Of a stretch of DNA of 64,000 bases, positions 60,179 to 64,000 are shown in pieces. The position numbers and the translations under genes were made by a program. Positions within the stretch are counted from its first letter, which is position 1; each line of letters starts with the position of its first letter. Under the pieces are notes generated by a model. That model made no database searches. It was not told the origin of the DNA and worked only from the letters and a program-made list of their open reading frames with translations. The stretch comes from Octopus vulgaris. Lineage: Eukaryota. The stretch spans positions 130,262,001-130,326,000 of the forward strand of contig OX597819.1 in the NCBI GenBank assembly GCA_951406725.2, in the 5' to 3' direction.

Positions 60179-61382
60179 TGCTGCGCTTGGTGTCACCTTA
60201 GGTGAATTGGTTTGCTTGGTTTACTACTGTTGTTGTGACTCTTTATATTTTAGACTTGGGCAGAAAGGCCTTAAATGATTTTCTGCCACTTAAGTTGCAA
60301 TTGGACTTTCCGTTGTGAAGGACATGCCTTAAAATCTTTCTCCCGAACTCTTCCACAATGCCGAGCTCTGGTGCTTTTTTATGGCTTTAACCATTGTGGG
60401 GGTTCGGAAAACGTATAAGAACAAGGTAGATCTTCCACCCGACCACAAGTCAGCGGACGTTATATCAGCGTTAATCATCTATCCATATTGCACCACAAAA
60501 TTGACCGAGAGCCAGGAATCCCCGATGTCCTTGATAGTGACTCTTACATTTCTTTGGTGCATATGCTGCACTGGTAGTTTATGAGCGGAATTGACACTGT
60601 CTGAGCACGTATCCTCACTCTATTCTCAGTTTTTAAGACATATCTTACCATATGCCCAGTTTCTCTTAGAGAAAGAAATTTCATTCTATGCAACTAACTG
60701 TTAGTGTTGCCACCAACTGCTCTTTAGATGACACATGAAAAGCTTATATCGCCTTGGTAAGCATGGGTACGTTACTTATCTTTTCGCTCGTGTTGTATAA
60801 AAGCTTTTGGTTGAGAGGCGTCTGTTTTCGTAATATAATACTGTCGCATTTCATTTGTCAGATAACACTTTCAAATGATAGAGTTTGGCTTACATTTGAA
60901 GTATTTAGTTCGACATAGTATGACAACGGGCGAATGTCGTTGTTGCTTTTGTTGCCAAATGTTTCGTCTGTCATATTCTTTGTTTTGGGGGAATTTTCTT
61001 TTTTTTTTTTGTTGTTTTTTTAACCAAAATGTTGTTTTCCATTTTCTACAATTACAAAGTCTTTATTTTTCATATTATTTCGTTTTGCTTTTGTTTTCAT
61101 TTTCTGTTTCTGCTTTTCTTTTTTTCCAGTTCAATTTAATTTCTTTTAGGGATGGTTCCTTTATAACGGGAAGCTCTTATTGACTTAAAATTAAATGGTG
61201 AAAGTTTAACGGAATTATTAAGAAGGGGAAAAAAAAGACCCTGTGCCCATTACGGAGTGGACTTCCAAATAGTTCTATAAAAGTAAGCGAAGAACTAAAA
61301 TAAAATAATTTTCTTTAGTTATATTTGAAATACAAGAATTCCCGCGCAAATTTAGGCACGTTTGAACGAGTCAGCAGCGACA

Positions 61383-61426
<44 letters not shown>

Positions 61427-61730
61427 GTTACTGGTGCTGCTATAACTTATAATAATAACCCTTTTTAGTAAAGGCACAAGGCCTGAAATTTTGGGGGAGG
61501 AGACTATTCGACACCAGTGCGTAACTGGTACTTATTTAATCGACCCCGAAAGGATGAAAGGCAAAGTCGATCTACTTCTAGAATATGACTGGCCACATAG
61601 TGGTTTTTAGCCCTTTAAATATACCAGCCCACAGTCGACAAGGAGAAATGAAAGTGTCACCTCTGGAGTTTGCAAATGACCACTATACAGACACGTAATT
61701 GGACAGAATAGATTTAGTGAAGGCAAAGAT

Positions 61731-61867
61731 GCTATGGCGACCAGGGCTCGCTCTGGGCGACAGTACACAGCTACAAGCCCACATTCGACGCTATGGCGAC
61801 CAGAGCTCGCTCTGGGCGACATTGGGGCGACTGTACACACCTACAAGCCCACAGTCGACGCTATGGC
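61731..61867. repeat. GC-rich ~60-70 bp tandem duplication
   Basis: gctatggcgaccag.gctcgctctgggcgaca at 61731 and 61790; partial third copy at 61860. Confidence 0.8.
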
Positions 61868-62650
61868 ATTGGTGTCGCTTTACAAACGGGTCGGGTCGGG
61901 TTTGCTCCCTCAAAGCAAATTAAATCAAATTTGAGATACGTGGAACATCAAACCTGCTAACAAAAACAGGACAGTGAAAACATTCGGTAAGAGCTGTTTA
62001 ACACTAACAAGGTGAAGTGTTAAACGCTGGAGAAAAAAAGCTTTGTCAAGAGACAGACAAGTGTGCGTGTTATAGTTACAAACTGAACGACAAGAAAAAG
62101 AATTACATTTAGGAATAGAGATCTATAATTATTGAGGACAGAATTTCAGTTAGAAATAGAGAAATATAAATATTGTAGTATGCATAAAGTGGTGGCTTAC
62201 ATTCGGGGCTTCCAATTTCTCTGTAAAATATAGAATAGTCGCAAAATCATCGCACATGTCACCATCGTTTACAAACACCGGTGGAAGATAAAAGTTCCAG
62301 AGGACATTCTTGTTCTTTCGTTTGTACAAGGATCGTATTATGTTTCGGCTTAAAATAAAACATAGATACAAATATAATGTATAGAAATATATAAAAACCA
62401 GAAAAGAATATAAACGTCTTAGGCATATAAAATGAGATAACATGAGATATCAAGGTGTTATAAACTTGAAACCTACCAGAATATCATAGATTATATATAT
62501 CAAGTCATCCAATCAGTTCTGTCCAATTTTACCTTTTTTTAGATTTGAATGAAATTTAATAGTATTTTCAAATGTCTAATTCAATTAAAAATTATTGTTA
62601 TGCATTTGTGTACGTTTAAACTAATTCAATATTGTTTTACAAAATAAGAG

Positions 62651-63959
62651 AGGGTGTCCACAAAGTCTGCGTACATGGGGATTAACACATACTTTAAAAA
62701 CAAACCAATTTTATTTAATTATAATGTTAATAAATAATATTTTCAAAGTGATTTCCATCATTTTTCAATGCATAACTTGATGCGCCTTGCAAAATTCAGG
62801 TGAACTTGATTAAATAAGTCTACATTGCCATCAATTTCAGTACACTGACTGGTAATGCGTTCTCTCGTGTGTTTTAAATCTGTAATCTTTATTGTTATCT
62901 TTCTCTTTCAATATACCCCAGAAAAAGAAATCAAGGGGAGAAAGGTCTGGTGAACGAGGGGACCTTTCCATATGAGCCCTTCTTCCAATCCAGTGAAGAA
63001 AAGTGTCATTAAGCCAATCCCTAACAGTTATGGCAAAATGGCTAGGGGCCCCATCCTGCTGAAACCAATTCGGAAGGCACTCAATTTGAGATATTAATTA
63101 GTCTCTCAATATGTTTACATAAGTCTCATCAGTCACATGTTCAATGAAGAAGGGTCCTAGAACATGAGCTTTTCACAAACTACACCATCACCTTTTTGCT
63201 ACCTTGCTGTTTGGATGGATCCATCCAATGTGGATTACCTCGAGACCAGTATAGAAGATTCTGTCTGTTGACCTCACCATTTACATAAAACGTAGCTTTG
63301 TCACTGAACGACAAAGTTTTTCGTAAAATTGATATTTTCATCCAATTTATCTGAAAACCATTCGCACGTCTATATTCGTCTATCAGGGTCGTCTTCATTT
63401 AAGTAATGCAATATCTGTAGATTGTATCGATGAAACTTTTCCTCAACCAGCATTTTGTGGATGGTTGGTTTTGGAACACCTAACACTGTGGATATCCGAC
63501 GAAGTGATTTCTTTCGGCTAGCAGAAACTTTAGCTATGACAGCCTCTTTCGTTTCATCTGAAGTCTTTGGTCGCCCGGAACGGGGTTTATCCAAAACACT
63601 GCCTGTTTCTTTAAATTTCTTGATCAATTTCCCGACGGCAGTAAAAAAATAGGTTACCTATAAGGGTGTCGAAGATTAAATTCTTCCGCACTTTTGCGAT
63701 AAGACCATCCCTCTCGTCCACTTAATAATACTAACTCGATTCTTTCTTCTTTAGACAGATCCATCATTCGATCTGGGATTCTCTCTACTTCAGACAGAGT
63801 CATCATTCGATCATCTGTAGAAAACATAACAAATAGATTTAGAAAAGTAAAGTATTTTTTTAATTTAATTTAAACAAAAGTAAAAAAGGAAAATTATTAT
63901 TTCTCATATTTGTTTATGTTATGATTTTATTCCATGTACCCAGACTTCGTGGACACCCT
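62651..63959 (-). mobile_element. Tc1/mariner superfamily DNA transposon (rosa/DD41D-like lineage), ~1.3 kb, decayed
   Basis: 28-bp TIRs: agggtgtccacaaagtctgcgtacatgg (62651-62678) and its reverse complement at 63932-63959 with 2 mismatches; internal transposase remnant. Confidence 0.92.
62727..63767 (-). pseudogene. Transposase pseudogene (HTH plus DDD domain, D-40-D spacing in this copy)
   Basis: Motifs KFKETGSVLDKPRSGRPK, FSDKATF, WFQQDGAPSH, WIGR, PRSPDLSPLDFFFWG and C-terminal DGNHFE; interrupted by in-frame stops and frameshifts. Confidence 0.9.
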
Positions 63960-64000
63960 AAAATTGCTTTGATTAAAACCCTTTCAACATGGAAGTATCC

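Noticed and set aside
60193-60660. Possible decayed retroelement or transposase ORF on the minus strand
   Set aside because: Coding-like composition, but multiple stops and no motif I can name

Overview
AT-rich, microsatellite-saturated eukaryotic DNA, most likely an Octopus (coleoid cephalopod) genome, inferred from the repeat landscape. Nearly all listed ORFs are translations of (TA)n, (CA)n, (TAGA)n or (TATG)n tracts and are not genes. The one host coding feature I can support is a minus-strand first coding exon (51699-51315). It carries the eh1/octapeptide RSPFAIQELLGL typical of Vsx/Chx10-type homeobox proteins. I found no later exon, so 1-51314 is probably mostly one large intron. The rest is mobile DNA: two abundant tRNA-derived SINE families, a third SINE with a 14-bp TSD, two 3' fragments of CR1/L2-group LINEs, a non-autonomous Helitron, a hAT-type MITE, a decayed DD40D/DD41D Tc1/mariner element and a divergent 5S rRNA copy. 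Four observations stand out. (1) Short, often palindromic inserts in (TA)n tracts carry minimal type I hammerhead ribozyme motifs, including U3-A8 and A6U core variants, resembling Penelope-like pLTR remnants. (2) A 17-copy ~113-bp hairpin-plus-oligo(T) array lies about 0.8 kb upstream of the Vsx-like ATG and was amplified from inside a dispersed repeat. (3) A ~500-bp-arm inverted repeat has the same SINE nested in both arms. (4) A covarying 3' stem-loop is shared by the LINEs and the main SINE. All structures were folded by eye; no searches were run.
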